Origin: Craspedostauros australis
Lineage: Eukaryota
DNA length: 34,534 nucleotides
Assembly: GCA_030167865.1 (NCBI GenBank)
Contig: JALAGF010005445.1
Location: 1 to 34,534, forward strand
Direction of reading: 5' to 3'
The translations under genes were made by a program, and so were the position numbers. Positions within the stretch are counted from its first letter, which is position 1. The number at the start of each line of letters is the position of its first letter. Below are positions 32,684 through 34,534 of the stretch, piece by piece. The notes below the pieces were generated by a model. It was not told where the DNA came from and searched no databases. It saw only the letters and a list, made by a program, of their open reading frames with translations.

Positions 32684-32887
32684 TGTTAGTTCCTTGAATG
32701 GTAGTGATCATTGTATCCGTGATCAAGATGGGGGAGATGACGAGATGAGAAACCTCTGTCAGTATCTGTACGGGAGGGTGTGTGTGTGTGTGTGTGCTAA
32801 TGATGGATTTATGGGAGGAGACTGTCTCCGTTGTCACTCTTCAGAGGCGGAGGCTGCGGACGTCTGTCCTGCGTACGTATGCCAACA
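32684..32887 (-). mobile_element. Putative 3' LTR (~204 bp) of the terminal copia element
   Basis: On the minus strand, a poly-G PPT is directly followed by TGTTGGCATAC (32887). Candidate end CTAACA at 32684. Confidence 0.65.
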
Positions 32888-34534
32888 CCCCCCCCCCCCA
32901 CGCTGGAAGATNTCCAGCGGGAAAAATTGCTCTGACAGAGCGACGCCCATCATGGTCTTGAGCGTAAGACGGGCGGAAGCGACCCATGATCAAGTCAGTA
33001 TGGCGGAAGAAGAGAACCGAAGGCGTTTGCTTGGTACACGCATCTGCAGCGTTGAGATCGGATGCGACGTCCTCGATAAGAATAAGATCCCGATCCACCC
33101 AGTCACTGACTGCGAAGGTTCGGATATCAATANNNNNNNNNNNNNNNNNNNNNNNNNNNNNNNNNNNNNNNNNNNNNNNNNNGATATCAATATGTCTCGA
33201 ATTCCGTGTAGGCTGACTTGCATTGGCCATCATGCGTGCTCCTCGGTTGTCCTCGAAGATGAGAGTCGCGTGCTGCTGAGGCACCCCGACCTCATCGAGG
33301 ATGGAGCGAAGCCACAGAGCCATGCGGCCAGCATCGCTGGCAGCAACAAACTCGGCTTCGGAGCTGCTGAGGGACACGGTTGGCTGGACTCTGGTCTTCC
33401 ATGCGACGGCAGCGCCGCCGAACATGAACACGATGCCAGTGACAGAGCGCCGATGTCGAATATCGGATCCCCAGTCAGCATCCACNTANCCATAGACTGT
33501 GGAGAAACGGACCGTCGTGTGACCACCCACGTCATGTGAAACGTCCTCAGGCGGTGAAAGAGGTACGGGCACCGGGACATCAGGAAGGTCAAGTAGTGGC
33601 GACGGTCGCCAGTAGGTGATCCCAAGCTCCCGCGTGGCAGCGATGTAGCGGAAGAGGTACTTGACTGCCTCATAATGGAGCTTGGCCGGGTTGATAGAGA
33701 ACTGGCTGAGCTTCACCACTGGGAACGAAATGTCGGGACGGCAAGACACCATGGCCCAAATCAGCTCGCCGATGGCCTGTCGATAATTGAAAAACGTCGA
33801 CTGCAGTTGCCGTCTCTCACCGTCAGTAGCCGGGACCTCAGCATTGTCCAGCTGCTTGATGTAACCATTGTCAGCGCGCATGGGAAGTCGCTGTGACGAC
33901 CGTAGGTCTTTCCAACCATGCTTCTGCAGTACCTTGTTCAAATACGTAGTACAGTGTACCGTCACATGCGACCTTCCTTGCGTGAGATCAAGCCCATTGT
34001 AGTGCGAGAAGAGCCCATGTCGAGTGATCGGTTGGTTGAGCTGCTTGTCGAGCAAATCGCAGAACGCGACGTAGGTGCTCTGTCGGGCGGTGGCCACTGC
34101 GAAATCGTCGACCTGCCGCAAAATGTAGACGCGCTCGCTCTGAACGACCCCAGTGTAGAGACATGGAGCGTGGGTGGTTGACGTCAGGCCCATGCGGCGC
34201 ATGATTCCATTGACATGAATGCTCCACTGCCAAGGCGCCTCAGGGTGACCTTGGAGGTTCTTGAGGACAGGCACAACATGGCCACGCGGAATGGTAGCAT
34301 CATGTTTGTGTTCCCACCACGAACGGAACTGATCGTCCACCTTCATGTAGTATCGCTGGGCGCTGGCTGGAGCTTCAGCAAATGCATTGGCAACATCAGC
34401 TCCAAAGATGAGTAGGCGCTGGACAGCGGCGATGGCCACAAGAATGCGGAATTCGGTGAGATCGGGCGTGGCAGCATACGTGTGACCAAATACACGGACG
34501 TTGCCTCCTCGGGTGGAACCATCACACACCGCGC
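32888..34534 (-). mobile_element. Ty1/copia pol (RT + RNase H) of the RQVDD (diatom CoDi-like) type, running off the window end
   Basis: CDGSTRGG, GADVANAFAEA, LQGHPE, RQVDDF, CRPDISF, VDADWGSD, SSSEAEF, EDNRGA, RHIDI, NAADACTK. Long open frame with one N gap. Confidence 0.95.

Noticed and set aside
32841..32960. C-terminal extension of copia pol through the PPT into the LTR
   Set aside because: It crosses an ambiguous base and a poly-G run, so a lost stop or sequence error is more likely.

Overview
Eukaryotic DNA, most likely from a diatom or related ochrophyte. The evidence is a plastid-lumen protein with signal peptide plus an ASAFAP-like AAF|VAP motif, GT-AG introns, and a Ty1/copia reverse transcriptase with an RQVDD active site. 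The assembly is draft quality with several N gaps. Five apparently intact host genes sit among decayed, nested mobile DNA: (1) a secreted ~905-aa protein with 36 Cys-paired 18-aa repeats, preceded by an RXL site and a KXXK lysine cluster; (2) a cytochrome P450; (3) a two-domain GT31/C1GALT1-like glycosyltransferase whose first domain looks degenerate; (4) a 7-TM GPCR-like receptor; (5) a TL17-like thylakoid-lumen pentapeptide-repeat protein. Mobile DNA includes a Sola3-like transposase remnant, three partial Ty1/copia elements, a degenerate DDD (piggyBac-like) transposase fused in frame to a copia integrase, and two related TGT...ACA inserts with 6-bp target-site duplications. There is also a broken BTB-domain pseudogene. 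The most interesting leads are the silaffin-like tag on the disulfide-rich solenoid protein, the 6-bp-TSD element family, and a perfect palindrome where a copia primer-binding site should be. All family assignments come from motif recognition by eye; no searches were run.
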